Part shown: positions 19,529 through 29,348 of the stretch, piece by piece | Layout of the letters: every line of letters starts with the position of its first letter | How positions within the stretch are numbered: the stretch's first letter is position 1 | Origin: Paludibacteraceae bacterium | GTDB lineage: Bacteria > Bacteroidota > Bacteroidia > Bacteroidales > Paludibacteraceae | Direction of reading: 5' to 3' | Assembly (NCBI GenBank): GCA_905236355.1 | Contig: CAJOPG010000134.1 | Span: 4,595-68,594 of the forward strand | DNA length: 64,000 bases | Notes under the pieces: model-generated | Told to the model about the DNA's origin: nothing | Seen by the model: the letters and a program-made list of their open reading frames with translations, nothing else | The model's database searches: none | Position numbers and translations under genes: made by a program

Positions 19529-20539
19529 TTATAGCCGTTGACGGCGCCTGAGTTGTTGTATATAAAAAGCCACATTAAGCGTTTGTTGTGCGGCTTCCGC
19601 CCCTTTGGACTGTAAGAAATGTGTCTGTGCTTTTTTCGCCCAACTGATGGCCGCCTCAAAATCGTCCTGCAACTCACAGGCAACGGCGATATCAGCGGCG
19701 GCATAAGCCCTTGTCAGACGATTATCGGTTGCATTATAGACTTTTTCCCATTCCTGTTGTGCCTGTTGCCATCGGCGGAGAGAGAGTTGTTGGAATCCAC
19801 TTCGCAACAATCTCTTATTGTCCTCATAAAAATAGCGATCTTCCTGTTGCCATGCCGACAAGAATTGCTGCCCGAAACGCTCGCCGGCATAGGCCGCAAA
19901 ATCAAGCAATGCGGTTTGACGGTCAGGTAGTTGTGCTATAGCCTCAGAAGGCACATCACCTTTCCCTTCCCAATAAAGTGTATCCGCAAAGACATATTGC
20001 TGTTTGTTGCCCTCAATGGTCTGTGCGGTCCAGCGGGACATAAGGTAGACCTCCAAGTAGGCATAATAGTCATCCGACATTGTAAGGTAACAGTCGGTTT
20101 TGTCGTAAAGAATAAGTTTATCCAAAGACAGCACCTCGTTGGATGTATAGTCTGCCATCCATTGTGCAGCCTCTTGCGCCGAGGGGAGAGTACTGCCATA
20201 AATGCTCTCTGAACTGTTTTGTGAGACAGGAAGCAACGCCACAGAAGCCAATGTACTCTGATAATCAAGCACCTCGCTCAGCGCAAACAGCATGCGCTCC
20301 GCCGCCATGCCTAAATCAACTGCCACACTGCCTGCACTCTGCCCATTCTGCAAAACAACATGTCCATACTCCGCAGGTTGAGCAACAGAATAGTTGACAA
20401 TCAACAAATCGGCATAAGCATCGGGCAATACCTTGGCGGGGTGATGCAAAACATCAATAGTAGTATGCCACTGTTGTGCCGAAACAACCGTAGCAAGCGC
20501 TAACACACAAAACAATATTACCCGTCTTTGCCCGTCCAT
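19529..20539 (-). CDS. Exported DUF6340-like protein with C-terminal TPR-like helices
   Basis: Signal peptide ending VSA|QQ, IDVLHHPA, DTLYWEG, WQQEDRYFY, helical C-terminus. Own promoter (-7 at 20562-20569, -33 at 20590-20593). Confidence 0.55.
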   Translation of the reverse strand: MDGQRRVILFCVLALATVVSAQQWHTTIDVLHHPAKVLPDAYADLLIVNYSVAQPAEYGHVVLQNGQSAGSVAVDLGMAAERMLFALSEVLDYQSTLASVALLPVSQNSSESIYGSTLPSAQEAAQWMADYTSNEVLSLDKLILYDKTDCYLTMSDDYYAYLEVYLMSRWTAQTIEGNKQQYVFADTLYWEGKGDVPSEAIAQLPDRQTALLDFAAYAGERFGQQFLSAWQQEDRYFYEDNKRLLRSGFQQLSLRRWQQAQQEWEKVYNATDNRLTRAYAAADIAVACELQDDFEAAISWAKKAQTHFLQSKGAEAAQQTLNVAFYIQQLRRRQRL

Positions 20540-20608
20540 AAGCGTTCTGCATTATCGACTGCAAAGATAGGTAAAATTGTCGGATAGCCCAAATAAAAGT
20601 ACGGGTAA

Positions 20609-21196
20609 TTATTCGGCTACTTTCAACTCACCTTTGTCCGATCCTACTTTTCCGGGCTGCATGGGTTTGGCATGAGGACCATTGAGAGGCCGATCGGTTT
20701 TAAACCGCTCTTCTTTTACCGGTCGTTCACGAAAGTCGGGTCTTCCTTGCTGTACTTCACCGCGCTGTTGGCGGATATCACCTTCGCCTCGTTGATGGCA
20801 ATTTTGCCCTTGTGCACGGCATTCTTCCATCAACTTGGTGTATTGCTCAAACTGCGCATCATTCAGTATCTTCTTCATCTTTTTCTCATGCTGAGCGCGC
20901 TGTTTCTCACGCTCGGCCTCTTTCTTCTTCTTTTCTTCAGCAATGCGCTGTTCCTGAGCCTTCGCCTCTTCTACAAACAATTTATATACCTGTTCATACT
21001 GTTTGTCGTCCAATGCCAACTTGCTTTGCAACTTCTCTGCATGGCGTTTTGCTTTTTCTTCGGCAGAAGGACGCTGCTGGGACTGCTCTTGTCTGCCTTT
21101 CCCTTCTCGCTGACCCTGAGGCCTTCCTTTCTCGGTTTGTGCGGAAATACCGGTTACCGCTGCGCACATCATAAGTGCTAATACAATCTTCTTCAT
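20609..21196 (-). CDS. Exported charged helical protein (DUF4890-like)
   Basis: Signal peptide ending ISA|Q, KLALDDKQYEQVYKL and MKKILNDAQFEQY motifs. Confidence 0.6.
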   Translation of the reverse strand: MKKIVLALMMCAAVTGISAQTEKGRPQGQREGKGRQEQSQQRPSAEEKAKRHAEKLQSKLALDDKQYEQVYKLFVEEAKAQEQRIAEEKKKKEAEREKQRAQHEKKMKKILNDAQFEQYTKLMEECRAQGQNCHQRGEGDIRQQRGEVQQGRPDFRERPVKEERFKTDRPLNGPHAKPMQPGKVGSDKGELKVAE

Positions 21197-21254
21197 AACA
21201 TTCTTGATTTAACAGGTTAAATGTTTAGGGTTAATTTCATTCATAAATATAGTT

Positions 21255-21270
21255 TCAAACACCGTGCCAA
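21255..21270 (-). promoter_or_regulatory. Putative sigma-54 promoter of the DUF4890-like gene
   Basis: Minus strand TTGGCACGGTGTTTGA about 60 nt upstream of the ATG: strong -24 box, variant -12. Confidence 0.55.
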
Positions 21271-21329
21271 AACACTAAACGTTTACTGTACAGTGTTTTA
21301 CCGAATAGCACATCTTTCTATTCCGACTA

Positions 21330-22337
21330 TTATTTAACTCTATTGACGGCGTAATCAGCAAGGGCAATGAGCGAGGAAAGCAAGCGGTCGGTCAGCGTGT
21401 CATGTTGGGGGCGTACGGCCGACTGAAGTGCATTGACAGCCATATTATAATGCTCTTGCATCTTTCTGCGGGCATAGCGGATACCATCATATCGAAGAAC
21501 GAAAGAATGGATGTCCTGTTCTGCATCAAAATTTATAGGACCACGCAAAAGCGACAATATCCTTCTGCGCTCATCCTGAGTGGCGCGCTGAAGTGAAACA
21601 AGCAACGGAAGCGTGATTTTGCCTTCCCTAATGTCACCCATTGTAGGCTTGCCAAGTTCCTCCGAATCAGAAAAGTCAAGGATGTCGTCTTGCATCTGAA
21701 AACAGATGCCGAGATGTTCTCCATAGGTCGTCAGTGCCGTTTCCTGACGCAAAGTAGCACCGGCCGACACCGCCCCTGCCTCTGCGCATGCAGAAAACAA
21801 ACGGGCAGTCTTGTTCTCTATCACAGAAAAATACTGCCTCTCAGAAAGCAGGTCTGCAGACGAATAGAATTCCTCGCTATGTTCCAACTGCAACAATTCG
21901 CCACCCGCCAACGCCTTGCCCATATCCGACACAATATTCAGTATCCTGACATTACGCAACGAGGCTACCAATTCTATCACCTTGGAGAGCATAAAATCAC
22001 CTACCAATATCGCCACCTTATTATTCCATTGTTTATGCACAGTAGGCATTCCACGGCGCATATCGCTGTTGTCCACTACATCGTCATGCAGCAGAGAAGC
22101 CGTATGCAACAGCTCCAATGCCACTGCCGTCTTTATCGTCTTCTCGTTGATTTCGCCGCACAATTTGGCACACAGCAGCACTATCATGGGGCGCATTTGC
22201 TTGCCACGCCTTGCCAACAACGATGACAACACCTCTCTCAGCAAAGGATTATCAGTGCGCAATACGCGCTCATACTCCTCCTCAAAAAGACGGAACTCAC
22301 TCCTGATAGGACTCAATATCTTTTCCTGAATATCCAC
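21330..22337 (-). CDS. ispB: Long-chain polyprenyl (octaprenyl-type) diphosphate synthase
   Basis: GKQMRP, LHTASLLHDDVVD..RRG, KTARLF, FQMQDD. Small residues before the first DDxxD indicate a long-chain product. GTG start overlaps the sufD stop. Confidence 0.8.
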   Translation of the reverse strand: MDIQEKILSPIRSEFRLFEEEYERVLRTDNPLLREVLSSLLARRGKQMRPMIVLLCAKLCGEINEKTIKTAVALELLHTASLLHDDVVDNSDMRRGMPTVHKQWNNKVAILVGDFMLSKVIELVASLRNVRILNIVSDMGKALAGGELLQLEHSEEFYSSADLLSERQYFSVIENKTARLFSACAEAGAVSAGATLRQETALTTYGEHLGICFQMQDDILDFSDSEELGKPTMGDIREGKITLPLLVSLQRATQDERRRILSLLRGPINFDAEQDIHSFVLRYDGIRYARRKMQEHYNMAVNALQSAVRPQHDTLTDRLLSSLIALADYAVNRVK

Positions 22338-22996
22338 TAAACATTCTCTGTTAGTTGCTGCAAGCGTATCTCCACCTCTTTCCGCAGCCTGTTCTGCAAA
22401 ACCGTATCATGCACCTCGTTGATAATATCTTCTATAAAAGCATTAACCAGCAACCATCTTGCCTGTGCCGCTGACAATCCGCGCTGACGCATATAAAACA
22501 ATGCATGCTCATCCAACTGACCCGTTGTCGCACCATGAGAAGCCTTTACATCATCCGCATAAATTTCCAACTGCGGCAGCGTGCGCATCTTTGCCCCATC
22601 TGACAATATAAGATTTCTATCGGTTTGAGTCGCTGATGTCTGCTGCGCATCAGGTGCAATCTTCAGACATCCCTCAAAATACCCCCGGGCTTTACCCCCC
22701 AATACATATTTAAACAACTGCTCTGACCTTCCTTTGCCCTTATCATGCAATAAGAAAGTGCGATTGCTCACATTTGTTTCGCCGCCGGCTATCACCATCC
22801 CGTATATTTCGGTCTCGCAACCTTCCTGCCGATGCTCCACTCTAATGCAATTGTCCGCATTGGCCGCATCATAATTTATCAACACCAAACGCAACCTCGA
22901 CCCCGCTTGCTGCACAATATGCAAATCAAGAGCATGCTCGTTAAGCAAAACACGCTCCAACGCTTCACCGGCCCCTATCTCTAATCGTTCTGCCAT
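22337..22996 (-). CDS. sufD: Fe-S cluster assembly protein SufD, short form (219 aa)
   Basis: PQLEIYADDVKASHGATTGQLDEHALFYMRQRG, directly downstream of sufC. Confidence 0.82.
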   Translation of the reverse strand: MAERLEIGAGEALERVLLNEHALDLHIVQQAGSRLRLVLINYDAANADNCIRVEHRQEGCETEIYGMVIAGGETNVSNRTFLLHDKGKGRSEQLFKYVLGGKARGYFEGCLKIAPDAQQTSATQTDRNLILSDGAKMRTLPQLEIYADDVKASHGATTGQLDEHALFYMRQRGLSAAQARWLLVNAFIEDIINEVHDTVLQNRLRKEVEIRLQQLTENV

Positions 22997-23752
22997 CTAT
23001 TCCACAATACCGTCAAACCCTTTCAAATCTATTTCCTTTGCCAAATCCGCTCCACCCGAACGCACTATTCTGCCTGCCGACAACACATGCACATAGTCCG
23101 GCTGAATATACTCTAATAGACGCTCATAATGAGTGATGACAATAGCTGAGGTATCAGCCTTCCTTATCTTATTAAAACCCTCCGCCACCACACGCAAAGC
23201 ATCTACATCCAAACCGGAATCCGTCTCGTCAAGAATAGCAAAACAAGGCTCCAGCATCGCCATCTGAAATACCTCGTTCTTCTTTTTCTCTCCACCCGAA
23301 AAACCCTCGTTCACCGCACGATTCTGCATCTTGCCTGTGATACCGAGCAATGCCTCCTTCTCACGCTTCAACTTCAAAAACTCCGTTGCCGACAATGCCT
23401 CCTTGCCCTCGTATGCACGCTTCTCATTAACGGCAGTGCGCATAAAGTTCACCATACTGACACCGGGTATCTCCACAGGATATTGAAACGAGAGAAAAAT
23501 ACCTTCCCGTGCCCGTTGCTCCGGGGGCATCTTGAGCAAATCTTTACCCTTAAAAACAATACTTCCAGCCGTTACCTCGTAGGCAGGATTGCCCGTTAGA
23601 ACAGCACTCAAAGTACTCTTTCCTGCTCCATTGGGCCCCATGATGGCATGCACCTCGCCTGCACCTATCGTCAAATCCACTCCACGCAAAATCTCTTTGC
23701 CCCCTACTGAAGCATGCAAACCTCGTATATCAAGCATCAATTCCTTTTCCAT
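22997..23752 (-). CDS. sufC: Fe-S cluster assembly ATPase SufC
   Basis: [53 protein letters not shown]. Confidence 0.96.
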   Translation of the reverse strand: MEKELMLDIRGLHASVGGKEILRGVDLTIGAGEVHAIMGPNGAGKSTLSAVLTGNPAYEVTAGSIVFKGKDLLKMPPEQRAREGIFLSFQYPVEIPGVSMVNFMRTAVNEKRAYEGKEALSATEFLKLKREKEALLGITGKMQNRAVNEGFSGGEKKKNEVFQMAMLEPCFAILDETDSGLDVDALRVVAEGFNKIRKADTSAIVITHYERLLEYIQPDYVHVLSAGRIVRSGGADLAKEIDLKGFDGIVE

Positions 23753-23767
23753 CTTTTTTCCTATATT

Positions 23768-24748
23768 CTATTTTCCTATCGTCATGAGTACCACTCTGCC
23801 TACTGCATCCAATGTAGCAGGCGAGATATTACGCATGTCGTCATATTGCGTATGCCACCAGTGAGCAAAACCGGTCTGAGAACGGGTGTCATAATGAATA
23901 ATGTCAACACAGGGAATGCCCGCAATCGTATTCACATAGTAATGATCATCGGTGATCGGATAGGCTAACTCATCACGAAAATATTGTGTCAAACCCTCCT
24001 TACGGGCAGTACGCCACAATTTCTCCACATACTGCTGACCATATTCCATCGAGAAATATTCCTTCGGAAATACAGCATCAGGTGCACCCACCATATCAAG
24101 CACAATGCCATACTGATACTCTTCGCGGCGATGCCGATTCCTGTTGCTCCACAACTGCGACCCCAAACACCATGTGTCCTCACGCTCCTGACCCGTATAG
24201 AAATCAGGGGTACCCATGTCCTCACAATCAAAAAACACTATATCCACCCCTCTCACACTATCACGCTTACCCAACTGGCGCGCTATCTCAAGCAACACAC
24301 CTACTCCGCTGGCACCGTCATTCGCACCAAGCACAGCCCTCTGTCTGTCCTCGTAATCTTCCTCCTGGTCCGCCCAGGGACGGCTGTCCCAATGAGCAGC
24401 AAGCAACACCTTCTTCCCCGGATTGCCAACCCCATAGTGACCTATTATATTCACTATCGGCTGCATGTCACCTTTATAATCCGGCATCTCACCTTGCTGA
24501 ACCTCTACCTCCGCACCAAAACGCTCCAACTGCCGACGAAGATACAAGGCACAATCCCGATGGGCTCCACTGCCCGGAACACGCGCACCAAAAGCAGTCT
24601 GCTCTGCCACATAACGATAAGCCGAATCAGCAGAGAACTCCACTTGCACCGCCACCGTTTCATGACCGCCTTGCGACTTGCATGAGAACAGCAACAGCAC
24701 AACCGCGAATCCTATCAACACACCGTATCCCCTTCCCGCACGCATCAT
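23768..24748 (-). CDS. M28-family zinc lipoprotein, probable Bacteroidetes glutaminyl-peptide cyclotransferase (QC)
   Basis: Lipobox LLFSC, AHWDSRPWAD, GANDGASGVG, FFDCEDMG, WCLGSQ, ITDDH, WWHT. Confidence 0.75.
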   Translation of the reverse strand: MMRAGRGYGVLIGFAVVLLLFSCKSQGGHETVAVQVEFSADSAYRYVAEQTAFGARVPGSGAHRDCALYLRRQLERFGAEVEVQQGEMPDYKGDMQPIVNIIGHYGVGNPGKKVLLAAHWDSRPWADQEEDYEDRQRAVLGANDGASGVGVLLEIARQLGKRDSVRGVDIVFFDCEDMGTPDFYTGQEREDTWCLGSQLWSNRNRHRREEYQYGIVLDMVGAPDAVFPKEYFSMEYGQQYVEKLWRTARKEGLTQYFRDELAYPITDDHYYVNTIAGIPCVDIIHYDTRSQTGFAHWWHTQYDDMRNISPATLDAVGRVVLMTIGK

Positions 24749-25692
24749 TTGTTCTGGTTAAATTCTGATATAGAATGATGCTCCTGTATCGCTAATATAG
24801 TATCGGCAAAAGGTTTTGCCACCGAAAGAATCTTCACCTTCGGGCAACGAGATGCATCAAAAGGAAGAGTGTCGGTAAACACAAGTTCCGTCAGAGCACT
24901 ATTCTCCACTTTTTCGCAAGCATTGCCTGACATTACGCCATGACTCACCACAGCCCTCACCGACTTGGCGCCCTGCTCCATCATTAAGTTAGCAGCCTTC
25001 GACAATGTACCCACCGTGTCCGCTATGTCATCTATGATAACCACATTCTTACCCCGTACATCACCCAATATGCGCATCTCGGCTATCTCATTAGCCTTGG
25101 CACGATTCTTATAGCACATCACCATCGGCGTTTGCAAACGAATAGCAAGCTTGGCGGCACGCTTTGAACCTCCCTCATCGGGCGACGCCACTATCAAATC
25201 CGGCAAATTAAGACTCTGTATGTAATCGGCAAAAGTGTTCAAACCATACAAGTGATCCACAGGAATATCGAAGAATCCTTGTATCTGCTCCGCATGCAAG
25301 TCCAAAGTAATAATCCTGTCACAACCTGCTACCTGAAGCATATTCGCAATCAGTTTGGCGCCTATTGATACACGGGGCTTATCCTTCCGGTCCTGACGCG
25401 CCCAACCAAAATAAGGTATCACCGCCACCACAGAACTTGCACTCGCACGACGGGCAGCATCTACCATCAACAACAACTCCAACAAATTGTCCGCACTCGG
25501 ACATGTCGGCTGTACCAAATAAACCGCCTGACCCCTCACTGATTCAGCAAACTCCGCAGCATACTCGCCGTCAGAAAAATGCTCAATATTGACACGACTT
25601 AATTTACAACCTAACTGATTGCAAATCTCTTGAGCCAAATGCTCACCACGACTGCCGGCAAATACCTTGTAACGGCGCGACTCTTCAACCAT
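24745..25692 (-). CDS. prs: Ribose-phosphate pyrophosphokinase
   Basis: FSDGE, PYFGWARQDRKDKPR, DLHAEQIQGFF, VVIIDDIADT. Promoter -7 TACTTTTG at 25770-25763. Confidence 0.96.
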   Translation of the reverse strand: MVEESRRYKVFAGSRGEHLAQEICNQLGCKLSRVNIEHFSDGEYAAEFAESVRGQAVYLVQPTCPSADNLLELLLMVDAARRASASSVVAVIPYFGWARQDRKDKPRVSIGAKLIANMLQVAGCDRIITLDLHAEQIQGFFDIPVDHLYGLNTFADYIQSLNLPDLIVASPDEGGSKRAAKLAIRLQTPMVMCYKNRAKANEIAEMRILGDVRGKNVVIIDDIADTVGTLSKAANLMMEQGAKSVRAVVSHGVMSGNACEKVENSALTELVFTDTLPFDASRCPKVKILSVAKPFADTILAIQEHHSISEFNQNK

Positions 25693-25992
25693 AAGTACTT
25701 ATTTATAATTAAGTTATACTCTTATTCACCATTCCACACAAAATGCATTCGCTTACAATCTGCAAAAGTACACTTTTTTTCAAATATACGCAACAACTCA
25801 TTTCCTTTTTCAATACCTTATGAAACAAATCTTATAAATTCCGACGGCAAAAACTCTTTAATCTCTGCAAGAAGCTTATAACAATCGGGCAAACAGAAAC
25901 ATTTTTCCATACCCCCATAGAGAATTTCAGAATAAAATAATCTCCCGTTACAACCAACACAAATACAATATCTTACCCCGCCAAACACTCCC

Positions 25993-26075
25993 AAAAACCA
26001 TTATAACTCCTTAAAAATCAGCACCCGCAAACATAAGATAAACATAAGATGAACATAACATAAACATAATATCAA
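25993..26075 (+). repeat. Composite intergenic element, family A copy 1 (conserved leader plus four 11-bp units)
   Basis: AAAAACC-N4-TAACTCC-N5-AATCAG-N5-GC then AAACATAAGAT AAACATAAGAT GAACATAACAT AAACATAATAT CAA. Homologous to the reverse complement of 49323-49435. Confidence 0.9.
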
Positions 26076-26176
26076 AGGCCCGGATAAACACTTGCACGAT
26101 GAAAAAAAATCAAGCATCTGCTCTGTCTGTAAATATATCCGTTGTATCTGCAAAAAAACAATACCCAAACAAATAC

Positions 26177-26208
26177 TTTGCTAATTACAAAAAAATATAT
26201 TACCTTTG
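26177..26208 (+). promoter_or_regulatory. Bacteroidetes housekeeping promoter
   Basis: TTTG (26177-26180), 20-nt spacer, TACCTTTG (26201-26208). Confidence 0.7.
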
Positions 26209-26271
26209 TACGCTCATAGAGTGCCCCTTGGAGAAAACTCTAAAAAATAAAACATAAAACCACTACAAATT

Positions 26272-27111
26272 ATGAAAACGGATATGAAAAAAATTTGTTT
26301 GGCAGCCTTTGCTGCAATCATTACACTGACCTTGTTTGTCAATGCCGACCAAAAACCTCTTACCATTTATATGGCAGGTGATAGCACAATGGCCGACCGA
26401 GAGGACACTATTGAAACTCCCGAACGTGGGTGGGGACAAGTACTACCAACCTTCCTGAACGATAATGTCATCGTCAAAAACTACGCAAAAAACGGAAGAA
26501 GTTCCCGCTCATTCATAGAAGAAGGGCGCTGGAGTGAAATCGTCAACCAACTGCAAAAAGGAGATGTCGTTATTATACAATTCGGACACAACGACACTAA
26601 ACAGACCGACTCCGTACGCCATACCTCTATCGAACAATACCAAGCCAACTTGGAAAGCATGATAAAGCAGGCACAAAAGAAAAAAGCCAAACCCATCCTC
26701 TGCACACCTATAACTCGACGCGCTTTCAGCATGGAAACAGGGGAACTCATCAATAAACACGGGGGATATGTGGAAGCAGCAAGAAGAGTGGCTAAAGCCA
26801 CCAAAGTTCCTTTGGTTGACCTCAATCAAACAACTTCCGACTGGTTGACACAAGTGGGGGACTCCGCTTCACAACCCTACTTCGTTTATAAAATGGAACC
26901 TGGAGAATACAGCAAATACCCCGAAGGAAAAACCGACAACACACACCTGCGGGAATTGGGAGCGCTTGTTGTCGCAAGTATGTTTGCCGAAGCCGTAGAA
27001 TCACAAAAAATCAAACCCCTCAATAAATACATCAACATCCCGCAAGGCAACAACTTGACACCCGTTTACACTACCGTCTATTTGCCAGTTGATGACTCTG
27101 AAAATCAGTAA
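26272..27111 (+). CDS. SGNH/GDSL rhamnogalacturonan (pectin) acetylesterase, CE12-like
   Basis: AGDSTMA, GWGQ, NYAKNGRSSRSF, IQFGHND, DNTH; signal peptide. Confidence 0.88.
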   Translation: MKTDMKKICLAAFAAIITLTLFVNADQKPLTIYMAGDSTMADREDTIETPERGWGQVLPTFLNDNVIVKNYAKNGRSSRSFIEEGRWSEIVNQLQKGDVVIIQFGHNDTKQTDSVRHTSIEQYQANLESMIKQAQKKKAKPILCTPITRRAFSMETGELINKHGGYVEAARRVAKATKVPLVDLNQTTSDWLTQVGDSASQPYFVYKMEPGEYSKYPEGKTDNTHLRELGALVVASMFAEAVESQKIKPLNKYINIPQGNNLTPVYTTVYLPVDDSENQ

Positions 27112-27173
27112 GTAACACTTTGACATCCGTATAATACTATACCTGCCGATTATATAACAAAAAAATAATCGCT

Positions 27174-28145
27174 ATGCTGAAAAAATCACTACAAACCTTA
27201 TTTTTCATTCTTCTTGCAGTCTCCTTTGCAAATGCGCAGAGGATAGAAAAACTACCTTATGCCGACTTTGAACATTGGACTGTCCGCTATATCAAAGAGT
27301 CAAATATAATAGGTGGGAAAACCAATGTCCTGTATGCCATCGGACCTACTGATACTATTAAGGCTAATATTCCCTTCCGCTACGGAGAAAAAGGCAATAT
27401 CTGGGGCGTGAGCAATGCATACGCCAAAGTATCCGGTGTAGAAAAGGCAAGCGGCACTCTCTACCCCGAATACAGAGATGCCAAAAACGGATACTGCTGC
27501 CGTATGGATTCCAAAATGGAAGTTGTCACCGCCTTGGGAATTATTGATATCAAGGTATTGATTTCCGGCACACTCTATACCGGTCGCGGTATCGAACCCA
27601 TCCGCACACAAAAAGACCCTTATCAGAACATCGATTTCGGCGTCAAGTTTACCAAACGCCCTTCTGCACTCATGTTCGACTATAAAGCCAAAGTATCTAC
27701 TGAAAATTTCATCTACATTGCAAAAGGAGCCGGCAAACCTAAAAAGGTAGAGGGACACGGAGAACCGCAAGCTCTTGTTGTATTGCAAAAACGTTGGGAA
27801 GATGCCAACGGGAACATCTATGCCGAACGCATCGCTACAGGATTCGAACGCTATACAAAAAGTCAAAACGAATGGATCAATGGCCATAAAATTCCCATCG
27901 TGTACGGAGACATCAGCAATACACCGCTCTTCAAACAATATGAGGCTTCCATGGGATTCCACCTGCCTATGCGGTCCATGAACTCCAAAGGCAAAATTGT
28001 GCCTGTTCAGGAAATCGGATGGGCAGCACCTAACACACAACCTACACATATCATCATCAATGTCACATCCGACTACCACGAGGCTTTCACCGGCTACGAT
28101 GGCAATAGTTTCTGGATTGACAATATATGCCTCGTTTATGATTGA
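27174..28145 (+). CDS. Exported PCMD (putative carbohydrate metabolism domain) protein
   Basis: Signal peptide ending ANA|Q, DFEHWTVRYIKES, WGVSNAYAKVSG, FTKRPSALMFDYK, FWIDNI. Confidence 0.65.
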   Translation: MLKKSLQTLFFILLAVSFANAQRIEKLPYADFEHWTVRYIKESNIIGGKTNVLYAIGPTDTIKANIPFRYGEKGNIWGVSNAYAKVSGVEKASGTLYPEYRDAKNGYCCRMDSKMEVVTALGIIDIKVLISGTLYTGRGIEPIRTQKDPYQNIDFGVKFTKRPSALMFDYKAKVSTENFIYIAKGAGKPKKVEGHGEPQALVVLQKRWEDANGNIYAERIATGFERYTKSQNEWINGHKIPIVYGDISNTPLFKQYEASMGFHLPMRSMNSKGKIVPVQEIGWAAPNTQPTHIIINVTSDYHEAFTGYDGNSFWIDNICLVYD

Positions 28146-29311
28146 TTGCTGTGACACTTATTCCCGTACATATTACTCTGTTTGACTGGATACTCTTGGG
28201 TATCCTTACTACAGCATGGATATATCAGCTCTATTTCTACCTGCGCTACATAGCAGGCGTGTTGCGACGGGCAAACAGAGATAAAAAAGGTCGTACTCCG
28301 CAACGCAACGACCGCCCACCCGTGTCTGTCATCGTTTGTGCACGCAACGAAGCATATAATCTGTGCGCCTATCTACCCAAATTACTTGAACAAGACTACC
28401 CGCAATTCGAGGTGATAGTGGTGGATGATGGCAGTCAGGACAACACCCACGATGTATTGGAACAATACCAACTGCACTATCCTCATCTGCATACCACCTT
28501 CGTGCCGCAACAAGCACGCGTACGCAGCACGAAAAAACTGGCACTCACTCTTGCCATAAAGGCTGCCAAATATGATTATTTGGTCTTAACCGATGCCGAC
28601 TGTTGTCCGGAAAGCAACCAATGGCTGAATAACATCTGCAGCAACTTTACCGGCAATACCGAGATTGTTCTCGGCTTCGGTGCCTACTTCCGGCAAAAAG
28701 GATTCTTGAATAAGGTTATTGCATACGACACCTTATTCAACGGACTTCTTTATTTAGGTATGGCATTGTCTCGCCACCCCTATATGGGCGTAGGCAGAAA
28801 TCTTGCCTATCGGAAAGAAACATTCCTTACACATAAAGGCTTTGCCGGTACATTGGGACAGAGAGCGGGAGACGACGACTTGTTTATCAACAAAGTGGCC
28901 ACCCGCCATAACACCAATGTCGCCATCAACAGCAATAGTGTCACTTGGTCTGTACCAAAGCAGTCATTCAAACAATGGTTCCAACAGAAAGAACGCCATC
29001 TGGGAGTGGCACCGCAATATCGTTTTGACACAAAATGCCGCCTTACTCTCGAACCCGTTACACGAGCATTGTTCTATGCCGCAGCAATTGCCGTCTGCAT
29101 ATTATCACCGCTACTCTTCAAAATCATTGCAATAGCAATGCTCATCTTGCGCTTCTGCTGGCAAATAACCATCATCAATGTTTCTGCCAACCACTTTGGC
29201 ACACGCCGATTCGGACCGTCAATACTGCTCTTCGATATCTGGCTGCCGCTGAACACATTGGCACTGATGTTTCACTATTCCGTCATCGGCAAACGCCGTC
29301 AAAGATGGTGA
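28142..29311 (+). CDS. Membrane glycosyltransferase family 2
   Basis: PVSVIVCARNE, VVDDGSQD, LTDADC, GDDDLF, QKERH; flanking transmembrane helices. The TTG start is uncertain. Confidence 0.88.
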   Translation: MIAVTLIPVHITLFDWILLGILTTAWIYQLYFYLRYIAGVLRRANRDKKGRTPQRNDRPPVSVIVCARNEAYNLCAYLPKLLEQDYPQFEVIVVDDGSQDNTHDVLEQYQLHYPHLHTTFVPQQARVRSTKKLALTLAIKAAKYDYLVLTDADCCPESNQWLNNICSNFTGNTEIVLGFGAYFRQKGFLNKVIAYDTLFNGLLYLGMALSRHPYMGVGRNLAYRKETFLTHKGFAGTLGQRAGDDDLFINKVATRHNTNVAINSNSVTWSVPKQSFKQWFQQKERHLGVAPQYRFDTKCRLTLEPVTRALFYAAAIAVCILSPLLFKIIAIAMLILRFCWQITIINVSANHFGTRRFGPSILLFDIWLPLNTLALMFHYSVIGKRRQRW

Positions 29312-29348
29312 TCCCTGGAATATATTAACTATATAATGAATACACATT

